A DNA stretch of 64,000 nt. Origin: a bacterium. GTDB lineage: Bacteria; UBA8248; JACPRG01; G963555815. This document shows, piece after piece, positions 22,050 to 31,750 of this stretch (positions are counted from its first letter, which is position 1; each line of letters starts with the position of its first letter). The position numbers and the translations under genes were made by a program. A model generated the notes under the pieces. It had not been told where the DNA came from. It worked only from the letters and a program-made list of their open reading frames with translations, and did not search any database. The DNA lies in the NCBI GenBank assembly GCA_965261595.1, contig CBDHDG010000004.1, positions 128,001 to 192,000 of the forward strand, in the 5' to 3' direction.

Positions 22050-22721
22050 ATGGCCAGGGGTGCGGGAAAAATAGATCGCCGCAAGCTGAGGGCGCCCGAC
22101 GAGTTCACCACCCGGTCGGCCCAGGTTATCCAGTACGTCCAGGCCCACCGGAAAAAGGTCTCCTTCATCGCGGGAGGCGTCCTCCTCGTCATCATCGCGA
22201 TCTTCGCCTATCGCATGTATCAAGACGGGCAGGAGGCCCGGGCCTCCTCTTTGGTTTCCATGGCCATGGAAGGCTTCGGAAAAGACCCGAAAAACGGCGC
22301 GCCGTTCGAGCGGATCGCCCGGGACTATCCCGGCACGAAAGGCGGGCGTCTCGCCGCGTTGTACCTGGCCCATTCCCTGTACAGGCAAGGCCGAAACGAA
22401 GAAGCCGCGAAGGCTTATCAGAAGCTCGCCGAGGATTCCGCGGCCCCGGAGCTGCTTCGCACCGAGGCCATCCTCGGCCGGGGATACGCGCTTGTTACGC
22501 TCAAGCGGTGCGAAGAAGCGGAGAGCGCGTTCAAACAGACGCCGGCAAAGGCGAGTTTCGCCCAACAGCAGGCGCAGTTAGCCATCGGGCAATGCTACGA
22601 GCTCAAGGGAGACTCCCGCGAGGCCCTCAAGCATTTTCAGGAGTTCGCCGGACGGTTTCCTGAATCTCCGTTTTTGACCGAAATGCTTCGGCAGAAAATC
22701 GGTATGGCCGAAAAGAAATAA
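22050..22721 (+). CDS. Membrane-anchored TPR protein (YfgM-like)
   Basis: Single N-terminal TM followed by TPR helices. Confidence 0.75.
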   Translation: MARGAGKIDRRKLRAPDEFTTRSAQVIQYVQAHRKKVSFIAGGVLLVIIAIFAYRMYQDGQEARASSLVSMAMEGFGKDPKNGAPFERIARDYPGTKGGRLAALYLAHSLYRQGRNEEAAKAYQKLAEDSAAPELLRTEAILGRGYALVTLKRCEEAESAFKQTPAKASFAQQQAQLAIGQCYELKGDSREALKHFQEFAGRFPESPFLTEMLRQKIGMAEKK

Positions 22722-22898
22722 TCCTGATAATTAGTGTATTTCCAAAGTGTCATTCGTGTTTATTAATGTTACACATCAGTGGTATAGTCCTCCACTAAAG
22801 CCGTATGGCGCGGGTCGGTTGACCCTCCGCCTCCGCTCGATCATCGCACGGAATCGAAGAAAACCAGTGCAAATCATCCCCAAACCAGAGGAAATCAG

Positions 22899-23117
22899 AT
22901 GGTTGAAGAGAAGCTCCAGATTGGAAACCACCAGATCAAGATCGCCGTCGATGATTCCAAGCCGGGCGTTTTTACGTGGGATTTGAGCATCATGAAGCTC
23001 GACGGCCGAAAAATGTTCTCGAAGGATTTCCATTCCGCCCAGCCGTTTTCGACGATGGGAGAGTGTGTCGAGAACGCGAAGTACGTCGCCACCAACTGGA
23101 TTGAGAGGAATCCGTAG
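22899..23117 (+). CDS. Small hypothetical protein (72 aa)
   Basis: GAGGA RBS, protein-like composition, AT-rich promoter-like region upstream. Confidence 0.55.
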   Translation: MVEEKLQIGNHQIKIAVDDSKPGVFTWDLSIMKLDGRKMFSKDFHSAQPFSTMGECVENAKYVATNWIERNP

Positions 23118-23135
23118 GCCAAGAGACCGGAGATT

Positions 23136-24578
23136 GAGGGTGTCCCGAATTCAGTTGAAGGTTTGAGGCGGCGGTCCGTGTGTGGTTCACCTTATGCGAC
23201 CTCCTCTCGGGTGTCAAAGCGGGGCTCGTCCAGAACGGCCTTCAGGATCCACAGGTCCCGGTAGCCGTCCAGGCGACGGAAGTTCTTCTCGGTGGCGAGG
23301 AAGGCGGAAGCGGCCCACCTTTTCACCATCGCCCCGTCCCGCCAGCGGCCGACGCGCCGGGTGCGCATCCGCACCCCCGAACAGGGACTCTCGATCAGGT
23401 TCGTGCTCACCAGGCAGCGCCGAAGGCCGGGCGGAAGAGCCAAGCGGTTGACGGTGAAGATCTCCTCCAGACCCTCCAAAAGGCTGGCGGCCGCGTCCGG
23501 ATGCTCGATCTGAAGCCACCGGGCCTGCTTGCGCAGACGGGCAATCCCCTCCTTCGGCGCCAGCCGCCAGGCCGCCTTCATCGTCGCCTTCACCGGATCC
23601 TTCAACTCCTCGGGCAGGTGGTCCATCACGTTCTTCACCTTGTGGTTGCGGCACCGCTGCACCGGATTGTCGTCCCCGTACACCCGGTCAATCGCCGCAC
23701 GAAGCGCCCTCGAGCCGTCGATGACAAAAAGCCGACGCCGCCCGGGCCGCACGCCGCGCTCCACCAACTCCTCAAGAAGCGCCGTCACGACCGTGGCGTT
23801 CTCGGTGGCGCCCGACCTCAGGCCCAGAACGTGCTTTTGGCCCCGTGTGTCCACCCCAACGGCCACGATGACGTGATGCGCGCCGAAGCGCAGACCGTCC
23901 AGGTAGAGGATGAGGAGGTCGATGTCGTCAAAACGCCGCTCACAAAGACGCCGCAGCTTCGCCTCGGCCGCCTCGATGCTCTCCCGGCTCACGGCCGACT
24001 TCGACACCCCCACCGTCTCGGCCAGCTCGGGAAGAACGGCCGCGTAGTTCCGCGTCGAGACCCCTCGCATCAGCAAATCCAGCATCCGCTCCCCCAGCCC
24101 GGGGTCGGCCTGCATGGCCGCATACGCCGGCACCTCCACCTCCCCGCCCCGACCCTGGCCCCGGCGGCGAAGCCGCGGCTTTCTCACCTTCAGCTTGCGC
24201 CCCTTCAGGGTCACCCGGCCCCCCTGGCTGCCGTGCCGGCGGACCTCGCCACCCCGCTTGCCTGGATGCGGCGCGCCCGTCAAGCCCTTGGCCGACAGCA
24301 AAAGCACGGCCTCCAGGCCCGCCCGGCCCATGACGTCCATCAGGTCCTCCACCGCCAGTTGGGACTGCTCCACCAGCGACACCAGAGGAAAAAACGCCTG
24401 CCCGTGCTCCGCCACAAAGGCGGCCAACCTTTGGGTCTCTTTCTTCTCGATGATCTGGTAAGCTTCACTCATGGCGGTTCCTCCTCTTTGAATGTTTGCC
24501 AACCCGATTCTAACCGAGTCGGCAGGAGTGAACCGCCACCTCTTTTTCTCAACCTTCAACTATGAATGGGACAGGCTC
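23136..24578 (-). mobile_element. IS256-family element
   Basis: IRs GAGGGTGTCCCGAATTCAGTTGAAGG / (rc) GAGCCTGTCCCATTCATAGTTGAAGG; 8-bp TSD CGGAGATT (23128-35, 24579-86). Confidence 0.92.
23192..24472 (-). CDS. IS256-family transposase
   Basis: GVSTR, LYLDG, FVIDG, QRCRNHK, STNLIES motifs; ATG after AGAGGAGG. Confidence 0.92.
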   Translation of the reverse strand: MSEAYQIIEKKETQRLAAFVAEHGQAFFPLVSLVEQSQLAVEDLMDVMGRAGLEAVLLLSAKGLTGAPHPGKRGGEVRRHGSQGGRVTLKGRKLKVRKPRLRRRGQGRGGEVEVPAYAAMQADPGLGERMLDLLMRGVSTRNYAAVLPELAETVGVSKSAVSRESIEAAEAKLRRLCERRFDDIDLLILYLDGLRFGAHHVIVAVGVDTRGQKHVLGLRSGATENATVVTALLEELVERGVRPGRRRLFVIDGSRALRAAIDRVYGDDNPVQRCRNHKVKNVMDHLPEELKDPVKATMKAAWRLAPKEGIARLRKQARWLQIEHPDAAASLLEGLEEIFTVNRLALPPGLRRCLVSTNLIESPCSGVRMRTRRVGRWRDGAMVKRWAASAFLATEKNFRRLDGYRDLWILKAVLDEPRFDTREEVA

Positions 24579-24601
24579 CGGAGATTTGTCGCAGAAATTA
24601 T

Positions 24602-24629
24602 ACTTATGATAAGGTATATTATGTTAACC
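24602..24629 (+). other. dif-like XerC/XerD recombination site
   Basis: ACTTATGATAA-GGTATA-TTATGTTAACC versus E. coli dif GGTGCGCATAA-TGTATA-TTATGTTAAAT; in an AT-rich non-coding patch. Confidence 0.7.
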
Positions 24630-24699
24630 TATAGGTGTGATTAGAATTGATGTGTTACATTCAAGGATAATATATATCTAATTCTATTATTGGATGTTA

Positions 24700-25488
24700 T
24701 TAGATAATATCAACGAATTCACGAACACAATTTACATCCACCTGGTTCTCGGTGCGCCCTTCCCGCTTGATCCCTGTCCCGATGATCGCCCCGTCGGCCG
24801 AGGAGAGCAACGCTTCGGCGTTGGCGGGCGTGACTCCGCTCCCAATCAGGACAGGCAGAGCTGGGGCCTTCTCTTTGACCAGGGCCAAATCTGTGGTCGA
24901 GACAGCCGTCCCGGTTTCGCCTCCCGAGACGATGAGGGCGTCGGCAAAGCCGCGCGACGCCGCGTCCGAGGCCTCGTTTGCAAGGCTCGATGTCCCGATG
25001 GGCGAGGAATGCTTGACGGCCACGTCGGCGAAGATGGCGAGGTTCGGCAGATAACGCCTGCGCTCGCGCTGGACCTCATAGGCCGTGGCCTGGATCAGCC
25101 CCTGGTCGGTGAGCCTCGCGCCCACGAAGACGTTGATCCGGATGAATGCCGCCTCGGCGGCGTATGCGACGGCGAGAGCGGCCCGGGCGTCGTTCCGGAG
25201 GACGTTGATGCCAAGGGGAAGAGTGACCGCCCCGCGAATGCGCCGTCCGGCCTCCGTCATCGCCGCAACGGTTGCGGCCGGGACCCGGCCTGGAAAATAC
25301 GGCACGTCATTGAAATTCTCGATGATGAGGCCGTGCATTCCGCCCTCTGAAATTGCTTTTGCGTCGGCGAGGGCGATCTCCAGCGTCTCTTCCCAGTCCC
25401 CTTGAAATTGGGGACTTCCGGGCAGGGGGCCCAGATGAACCATCCCGATGAGGGGCCGGTTGGCGTGAAAGAGCGCTTTCAGGTCCAA
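24700..25488 (-). CDS. BtpA/SgcQ family protein
   Basis: IGMVHLGPLPGSP, IIENFND, GINVLRND, ADVAVKH, LIGSGVT. Confidence 0.92.
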   Translation of the reverse strand: MDLKALFHANRPLIGMVHLGPLPGSPQFQGDWEETLEIALADAKAISEGGMHGLIIENFNDVPYFPGRVPAATVAAMTEAGRRIRGAVTLPLGINVLRNDARAALAVAYAAEAAFIRINVFVGARLTDQGLIQATAYEVQRERRRYLPNLAIFADVAVKHSSPIGTSSLANEASDAASRGFADALIVSGGETGTAVSTTDLALVKEKAPALPVLIGSGVTPANAEALLSSADGAIIGTGIKREGRTENQVDVNCVREFVDII

Positions 25489-25634
25489 GGTTCATCCTCA
25501 CGGGGAAGATCGGGATGGGTAGGCCGGGCATCCTGCCCGGCCGGAAAGCCGTGCAGCCCGCCCAAGCGCCGTGCTGAATCGAAATGCGGCGGCGGAGACG
25601 GCCCCCCTTTCTCCCCCCTCCCCTGCCCTCCCTG

Positions 25635-26390
25635 TCAGTCCTCGATAAACGCCACCAGCCGGCACATGGCGCCTTCGCCGCCATCGAACCGCCAGGGGAA
25701 GCAGCCCACCTTGCAGCGCCGGTTCAACACCTCGTCGATGTTTCCGCCCATGTTCTCGACGTGGACGCACCCCGCCGCGAAGGGGGTTTTGTGCATGACG
25801 TACCAGTTGTCGCGGGGAAACACCTCTTCGAGCTTCTTGCCCACTTTGTCCTCGTACTCGGCGGCAAGATGGGGGACGCGCTCGGCGATGTGGGTGTTCA
25901 TGGGATGATCCCCGGACCCGCAATCGAAGGCCGTCCAGCGGATCTCCATATCCACCAGCCATTCGGCCAGCTCGGTGTGCCCGCCCGGGTGTTTGCACAT
26001 GTACTTGAAGTCGTCGGGCTTGTCACCGCCCACGTAGTGGTGATGGTAGCCGGTGTGGTAGATGAGGATGTCGCCCTTCTTGATCTCCACCCCCTGGCTG
26101 GTGAGCATCTCGGGCGTGATCAGCCCCCATTCCTCGACTTCGCCGCTGATGTCCACGATGGCCGCGTCGCCGTAGAGCCAGTTGACGTCGTAATCGCCGA
26201 TGCTCCGGCCGCCCGGAATGGCGTGCATCTGCGAGTCCAGGTGCGTGCCGATGTGGAGCGTGGTTTCGATGGCCTGGGCGTTGATCCCGGACGAGCTGAT
26301 GGTCTGCCAGTAATAGATCTTCGGCGGGACGTATCCGACCCAGGCCGGCGTGTGCATGTTCCAGGGGTGGCTGAGATCGACCAGACGCAT
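25635..26390 (-). CDS. Cyclase family metal-dependent hydrolase (kynurenine formamidase-like)
   Basis: DLSHP, HIGTHLD (HxGTHxD), VEN, R-x-VA C-terminus. Confidence 0.88.
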   Translation of the reverse strand: MRLVDLSHPWNMHTPAWVGYVPPKIYYWQTISSSGINAQAIETTLHIGTHLDSQMHAIPGGRSIGDYDVNWLYGDAAIVDISGEVEEWGLITPEMLTSQGVEIKKGDILIYHTGYHHHYVGGDKPDDFKYMCKHPGGHTELAEWLVDMEIRWTAFDCGSGDHPMNTHIAERVPHLAAEYEDKVGKKLEEVFPRDNWYVMHKTPFAAGCVHVENMGGNIDEVLNRRCKVGCFPWRFDGGEGAMCRLVAFIED

Positions 26391-26610
26391 GTTCTTTTCT
26401 CCTTAACAGGCAAAAATGGGCCAGACGCTCGACCCAGGATAACCAGGACGGATGCAATCCGGAATGATAGCCGCCCTTGCCCGCCAATTCAAATGCAACG
26501 CGCCTTCCGCGGTTCGCCTTGGCGGGCCGGCGCCGCGGGCGATTCCCCTGATTATGGTAATCTGAATGGGGCGGGAAATCGCTTTCAGCTTTTGAGGAGA
26601 AGGGTTCAAC

Positions 26611-27822
26611 ATGCCGAAGACTGAGCGCCGCGAGGCGAAGCCGCCCGAGCTTTCCCCGGACGTGGCGAAAATCACGGACGAGGCCGTCGAGATTCGCAGG
26701 GACCTCCACGCCCATCCCGAGCTCGGCTTCCAGGAGGAGCGCACCGCCTCGGTCGTCGCCGACCGGCTGAACGCCATCGGTCTCCAGGTCGCCACCGGCG
26801 TCGCCAAGACGGGCGTCGTCGGCCTGCTCCGGGGAGGCCGGCCCGGCAAGACCGTCATGGTCCGCGCCGACATGGACGCCCTCCCCATCCAGGAGGCGAA
26901 CGACGTCCCGTATCGCTCGCAAAACGACGGGGCCATGCACGCCTGCGGCCATGACGGCCACACCGCCATGGCCCTGATGGCCGCCCGGGTCCTCAAGGAC
27001 CGGGGGGATCGGCTGCGGGGAAACGTGAAGTTCATCTTCCAGCCCGCCGAGGAGGGGCCCGGGGGAGCGGCCCCGATGATTGAGGCGGGCGCCCTGAAGG
27101 ACCCCGACGTGGACGCGGCCATCGGAATCCACCTCTGGAACGACCTGCCGGTGGGGCGCATCGGCGTCCAGTCGGGAGCGATCATGGCGAGCATGGACGC
27201 CCTGGAGATCACCATCCGGGGAAAGGGGTCGCACGCCGCGAAGCCCAACGACGGCGTGGACCCGATCGTCGCGTCGGCGCACGTCATCACCGCCCTCCAG
27301 ACCCTCATCAGCCGGGAGCGGAATCCCCTGGACCCCGCCATCCTGACCATCGGCTCGATCCACGGGGGAACGACATTCAACGTCATTCCGGATGAGGTGA
27401 AGCTCCTCGGGACGGTCCGGACCCTCTCGGACGAGCTTTGGGAGGCGATGCCCGGCCGCGTGAAGCGGATGGCCGATGGCGTTGCCGCGGGGTTCGGCGC
27501 GACGGCCGAGGTGGATTACCGGAAGATGTACCCGGTGACACGGAACGATCCCGCCCTCGCCGACCGGGTGGAGGCGCTGGCGCAGGACCTCGTCGGCCCC
27601 GAGTCCGTCATCCGGCACCAGACGACCCTGGGGGGCGAGGACATGTCCTTCTTCCTCCGCGAAGTGCCGGGGTGCTTCTTCTTCATCGGCTCGGCCAACG
27701 CCGAGCGGGGCCTCGACCATCCCCACCATAACCCCCGGTTCGATTTCGACGAGGACGCGCTGGGGATCGGGATCGAGATGCTCGTGCGGTCGGTGGAGTC
27801 GCTGCTTTCAACCGGGGATTGA
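26611..27822 (+). CDS. M20D family amidohydrolase
   Basis: HAHPELGFQE, RADMDALP, MHACGHDGH, FQPAEE, GEDM, HHNPRF. Confidence 0.93.
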   Translation: MPKTERREAKPPELSPDVAKITDEAVEIRRDLHAHPELGFQEERTASVVADRLNAIGLQVATGVAKTGVVGLLRGGRPGKTVMVRADMDALPIQEANDVPYRSQNDGAMHACGHDGHTAMALMAARVLKDRGDRLRGNVKFIFQPAEEGPGGAAPMIEAGALKDPDVDAAIGIHLWNDLPVGRIGVQSGAIMASMDALEITIRGKGSHAAKPNDGVDPIVASAHVITALQTLISRERNPLDPAILTIGSIHGGTTFNVIPDEVKLLGTVRTLSDELWEAMPGRVKRMADGVAAGFGATAEVDYRKMYPVTRNDPALADRVEALAQDLVGPESVIRHQTTLGGEDMSFFLREVPGCFFFIGSANAERGLDHPHHNPRFDFDEDALGIGIEMLVRSVESLLSTGD

Positions 27823-27863
27823 GCGGCGGGGTTGCGCCTGGGGGGGGGAAGGGTTGAAATCCT

Positions 27864-28886
27864 TCAGGGAATCAACACCGGCCGGCCGACATACTCCCCC
27901 TTTGCCATTCGTTCGAGGACCGACTCCGCCTCCTCCAGGGGATAGGTTTCCGAGTAGATCGGTTTGATCTTGCCGCTCTCGACCAGCCCGACCACGTCAC
28001 GCAGGTCCTGTTTCGAGCAGTTTCTCGATCCCATAACGGTCAGCTCGCGGCGCATGATGAGAAGCGGATCGGTCTCGAACGTCCGTCCCGTGTGGGACCC
28101 GATGATGGCCATGCGGCCCCGGATGGCCAGCGACCGGATGGTGTCGGCCAGCGTGGCCGTTCCGACCAGCTCGATGACCACATCGACGCCGCGGCCGTCC
28201 GTCCAGTCCAGAACGGCCTCCAGCAACGAGTCCGCCAGGGGGTCCACGGCCCTTTCGGCCCCCATTTCCAGGATTCCCGCGAGCTTTTCGCCGGAAACGT
28301 CCGCTCCCATCACCCGCCCGCCGGCGAGGCGGGCCAACTGAACGGCGTGCAGCCCGACGCCGCCGCCCGCGCCGGTGATCAGGACCGTTTCCCCGGGCCG
28401 GACGCCCGCCCGCTTCACGATCCCGTGGTAGGGGGTCCCGATAGCGTTGGCCAGAACGGACCCCGCCTCGAAGGAGATCGACTCGCCGATGCGGACGAGG
28501 TTCGCCGCGGGAGATTTCATCAACTCCGCGTACCCGCCGTCGAACTGCGCGCCGAGGTAGCCGTAAAAGTTCTCGCATACCGTCTCCGCGCCGCTTCGGC
28601 AGGGACGGCAGCGGCCGCACGTGAAATAAAGCGTGGACGCCACCCGGTCGCCCACTTCGAGGTCTCCGGCCCCGTCGCCCAGGGCGGCGATCTCGCCCGC
28701 GACTTCATGGCCCAGGATCAAGGGAAGCTTTGTCTCTTCGACGAGACCTTTGCGGATGGTGAGGTCGAACTGATCGACCGCGCACGCCCGGACCCGGACG
28801 ACCGCTTCTCCGTAACCCGGGTCCGGGTCGGGGACGTTCTCCGCTTTCAGATGACCCGAGAACTCATGAAGGACCATCGCACGCAT
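27864..28886 (-). CDS. Zinc-binding (MDR) alcohol dehydrogenase
   Basis: GHE, CGRCRPC..C structural Zn site, GAGGGVG. Confidence 0.9.
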   Translation of the reverse strand: MRAMVLHEFSGHLKAENVPDPDPGYGEAVVRVRACAVDQFDLTIRKGLVEETKLPLILGHEVAGEIAALGDGAGDLEVGDRVASTLYFTCGRCRPCRSGAETVCENFYGYLGAQFDGGYAELMKSPAANLVRIGESISFEAGSVLANAIGTPYHGIVKRAGVRPGETVLITGAGGGVGLHAVQLARLAGGRVMGADVSGEKLAGILEMGAERAVDPLADSLLEAVLDWTDGRGVDVVIELVGTATLADTIRSLAIRGRMAIIGSHTGRTFETDPLLIMRRELTVMGSRNCSKQDLRDVVGLVESGKIKPIYSETYPLEEAESVLERMAKGEYVGRPVLIP

Positions 28887-29276
28887 TGGATGTTGCCTCC
28901 TTACGAAATCCAAGCAAGAAATCCGGCTGGAGGAATCGGACGATCAGCGCATGAAACGTCCTCGCGGCTTGGCCGGAAAATGTTTCGATGGGCGTCCACA
29001 CCCCTGGAAGGGTTTCTCGATGATGTTGTCCCCCCCTCTTCCCCCCCAATATGACCTTTGTGGAAATCCGGCACAAGCGCGAGGTTTTCCGGGCGATTGG
29101 GGTTCCCGGAACGGACCTTGACTTCATACACGGTGTTTGTTATCTTTAATTTCCGGCTTCGGCGAAAAAAGTGGTCCTGTTCGTCCCTGCCGATTTGCGT
29201 TTATTTCCACATTGTTTCATGACCACCATGGTGGAGGTCATGAGCCGCGTTTCCTTGATGAAGAGCGGATTGAGCG

Positions 29277-30140
29277 ATGAAGAATTTTGATTACACGGCG
29301 CCTCGGAGCTTGGAGGAGGCGTTGGAGGTGATGAAGGACGCTGGAGAGGGCTGGCACGTTCTTTCCGGCGGCACGAACCTGGTGGTGGAGATACGGGACC
29401 GGAAGAAGCTTCCGGAAGTGGTGGTGGACGTGAGTTACATCGACTCCCTTCGCTACATTCGCGAGGAGGGGGGCAAGATCAAGCTGGGCGCACGTGCGAG
29501 CGTCGAGGACCTGCTCCGCTCGGACTTGATCGGTGAGAAGGCGGGGCTTCTTCGTGAGTGTGCGTTGAGCTTTGCGGGTCCACCGATCCGGAACCGCGCG
29601 ACGGTTGCGGGGAACCTGATGGACGGCTCGCCTGCGGCGGATTGCATTCCGCCGCTTCAGGCGCTGGACGCGGTGGCGGTTCTTCAGAGCGCATCGGGTG
29701 AGCGCCGTGTGGCGGTGAACGAATTTGTGACGGGGGTGCGGCAGACGGTACGTCGTCCGGACGAGTTGTTGACGGAGATCGAGTTCGAGGGTTTGGGCTC
29801 GGGCTCGGGTTACGGGTACTACAAGCTTGGCCGCCGCAAGGCGATGGCGATCTCCGTGGTGAGCGCGGCGGTGGTTCTCCGGATGTCGAACGGGAGTTGC
29901 GAGGGCGCGGCGATATCTCTTGGTGCGGTGGCGCCGGTTCCGATACGGATATCTGCGGCGGAGGGATTGCTGACCGGTTCCGGTCCTCCGGAGGAATCGG
30001 TGATAGAGGAGTGCGGCCGTTTGGCGTCTGGAGCGGCGACGCCGATCGACGACATTCGGGCGTCGGCGGAGTACCGTACGCTGATGTGCGACGTGCTGAC
30101 GAAGCGTCTGATTCGCCGGGCCTCGGGCCAAGAGGCCTGA
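29277..30140 (+). CDS. Xanthine dehydrogenase/CoxM-family FAD-binding subunit
   Basis: GGTNL, IRNRATVAGN, SPAAD, PIDDIRASAEYR. Confidence 0.92.
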   Translation: MKNFDYTAPRSLEEALEVMKDAGEGWHVLSGGTNLVVEIRDRKKLPEVVVDVSYIDSLRYIREEGGKIKLGARASVEDLLRSDLIGEKAGLLRECALSFAGPPIRNRATVAGNLMDGSPAADCIPPLQALDAVAVLQSASGERRVAVNEFVTGVRQTVRRPDELLTEIEFEGLGSGSGYGYYKLGRRKAMAISVVSAAVVLRMSNGSCEGAAISLGAVAPVPIRISAAEGLLTGSGPPEESVIEECGRLASGAATPIDDIRASAEYRTLMCDVLTKRLIRRASGQEA

Positions 30141-30184
30141 CCCGCATTTTTTGTGCAAAGCGCCAGCCCGAAAGAAAAGGGATC

Positions 30185-30658
30185 ATGGACAAAGAGCGGA
30201 CGGTGAAATTCACGTTGAACGGCGAGGAGATGGAGCGTAGTTTTCCGACGAACCTGTCTCTTCTGAACGCGCTTCGTTACGAGCTGGGCGCGACGGAGGT
30301 GAAGAACGGTTGCGAGAAGGGGGACTGCGGGGCTTGCGTGGTGGTGGTGGACGGCCAGGCGGAGAACACGTGCTGCATGCTCGCGGTCCAGGCGGACGGG
30401 AAGGCCCTGCGCACGGTGAAGGGGATGGGGAGCGTGGATTCCCTTCATCCGCTTCAGGAGGCGTTCATCGAGTTGGGCGCGATCCAGTGCGGATTTTGCA
30501 CGCCCGGGATGCTTTGCGCGGCGGAGGCTTTTTTGGAGGAATACCCGAAGCCTACGCGCCAGGAGATCAAGGTGGGGATCTCGGGCAACCTGTGCCGGTG
30601 CACCGGATACGTGAAGATCATCGACGCCATCGAGGCCGTCGCGGAAGGAAAGTATTGA
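30185..30658 (+). CDS. Xanthine dehydrogenase/CoxS-family 2Fe-2S subunit
   Basis: GCEKGDCGAC, QCGFCTPGM, GNLCRCTGY. Confidence 0.94.
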   Translation: MDKERTVKFTLNGEEMERSFPTNLSLLNALRYELGATEVKNGCEKGDCGACVVVVDGQAENTCCMLAVQADGKALRTVKGMGSVDSLHPLQEAFIELGAIQCGFCTPGMLCAAEAFLEEYPKPTRQEIKVGISGNLCRCTGYVKIIDAIEAVAEGKY

Positions 30659-30858
30659 CGGCGGCGCCGTATAGAGATATGAAGATTTAATCGAACGCCC
30701 GCGCTTTTCAGCGACCGGGCGTTTGCTTCGTCAAGGGACGATCCGGGGCCATTCCGGCTGAGCGGGCCCGCAACGGGTTGTTCAATTCAAGCCCGGTCCG
30801 AAACGCGGCCGCCGCGGTGGCCGCGAAAGACCGCCATCATCAACGAGGATCCCCTCGA

Positions 30859-31746
30859 ATGTTCGACTCTATCGAGCACCTTCAGGAAGAGCTCCGAAAA
30901 CAAAACTACATCGCCGATCGGACGCTTGCGACGACGCTGTATCTTTCCACAGAGATGAAGAAGCCCATCTTTCTGGAGGGCGAGGCGGGCGTCGGGAAGA
31001 CCGACGTAGCCAAGGTGCTTGCCCAGATCACCGGCTCCAAGCTGATCCGGCTTCAGTGCTACGAAGGGCTGGACGTCAACACCTCTTTGTACGAATGGAA
31101 CTATGCCAAGCAGCTTCTTCGAATCAAGATGGAAGAGGGCGCGAAGGGCGCGCGCGAAGCCCTGGAAGAAACCATTTTCAGCCCGGAGTTTCTTATCGCC
31201 CGGCCGTTGTTGGAGGCCATCCAGGATGGCAATGAGAAGTCGCCGGTTCTGCTCATCGACGAGGTCGACCGAAGCGACGAGGAATTCGAGGCCTTCCTTC
31301 TCGAGGTCCTGGCGGATTTCCAGATCTCCATCCCCGAGATCGGAACCATCACCGCCAAGCACAAGCCGTACGTGATCCTCACCTCGAACCGGACGCGGGA
31401 CGTACACGACGCCCTGAAGCGGCGCTGCCTGTATCTGTGGATTGATTATCCGACCTTCGAGAAAGAGCTCGAGATCGTGACCGTCAAGATGCCGGGCATC
31501 GGAGAATCGTTGGCCCGGCAGATCTGCAACTTTATGCAGGGATTCCGCGAGGTTGATTTTTACAAGAAACCCGGCATCGCCGAAACCCTGGATTGGGCCA
31601 CCGCCCTGGTGACCCTGCATAGGAAGGACCTCGACAGCGACGCGGTCAACGACACCCTGGGTGCCATCTTCAAGTACCAGGAAGATGTGATCCGGGCGAA
31701 GGATGAGGCCGTTCCGATGCTCATGAGCCGGTACGCGGGAGAATAG
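30859..31746 (+). CDS. MoxR-type AAA+ ATPase (CoxD-like)
   Basis: GEAGVGKT, RLQCYEGLD, LLIDEVDR, DALKRRCLY, PGIAETLDW. Confidence 0.92.
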   Translation: MFDSIEHLQEELRKQNYIADRTLATTLYLSTEMKKPIFLEGEAGVGKTDVAKVLAQITGSKLIRLQCYEGLDVNTSLYEWNYAKQLLRIKMEEGAKGAREALEETIFSPEFLIARPLLEAIQDGNEKSPVLLIDEVDRSDEEFEAFLLEVLADFQISIPEIGTITAKHKPYVILTSNRTRDVHDALKRRCLYLWIDYPTFEKELEIVTVKMPGIGESLARQICNFMQGFREVDFYKKPGIAETLDWATALVTLHRKDLDSDAVNDTLGAIFKYQEDVIRAKDEAVPMLMSRYAGE

Positions 31747-31750
31747 CGCC

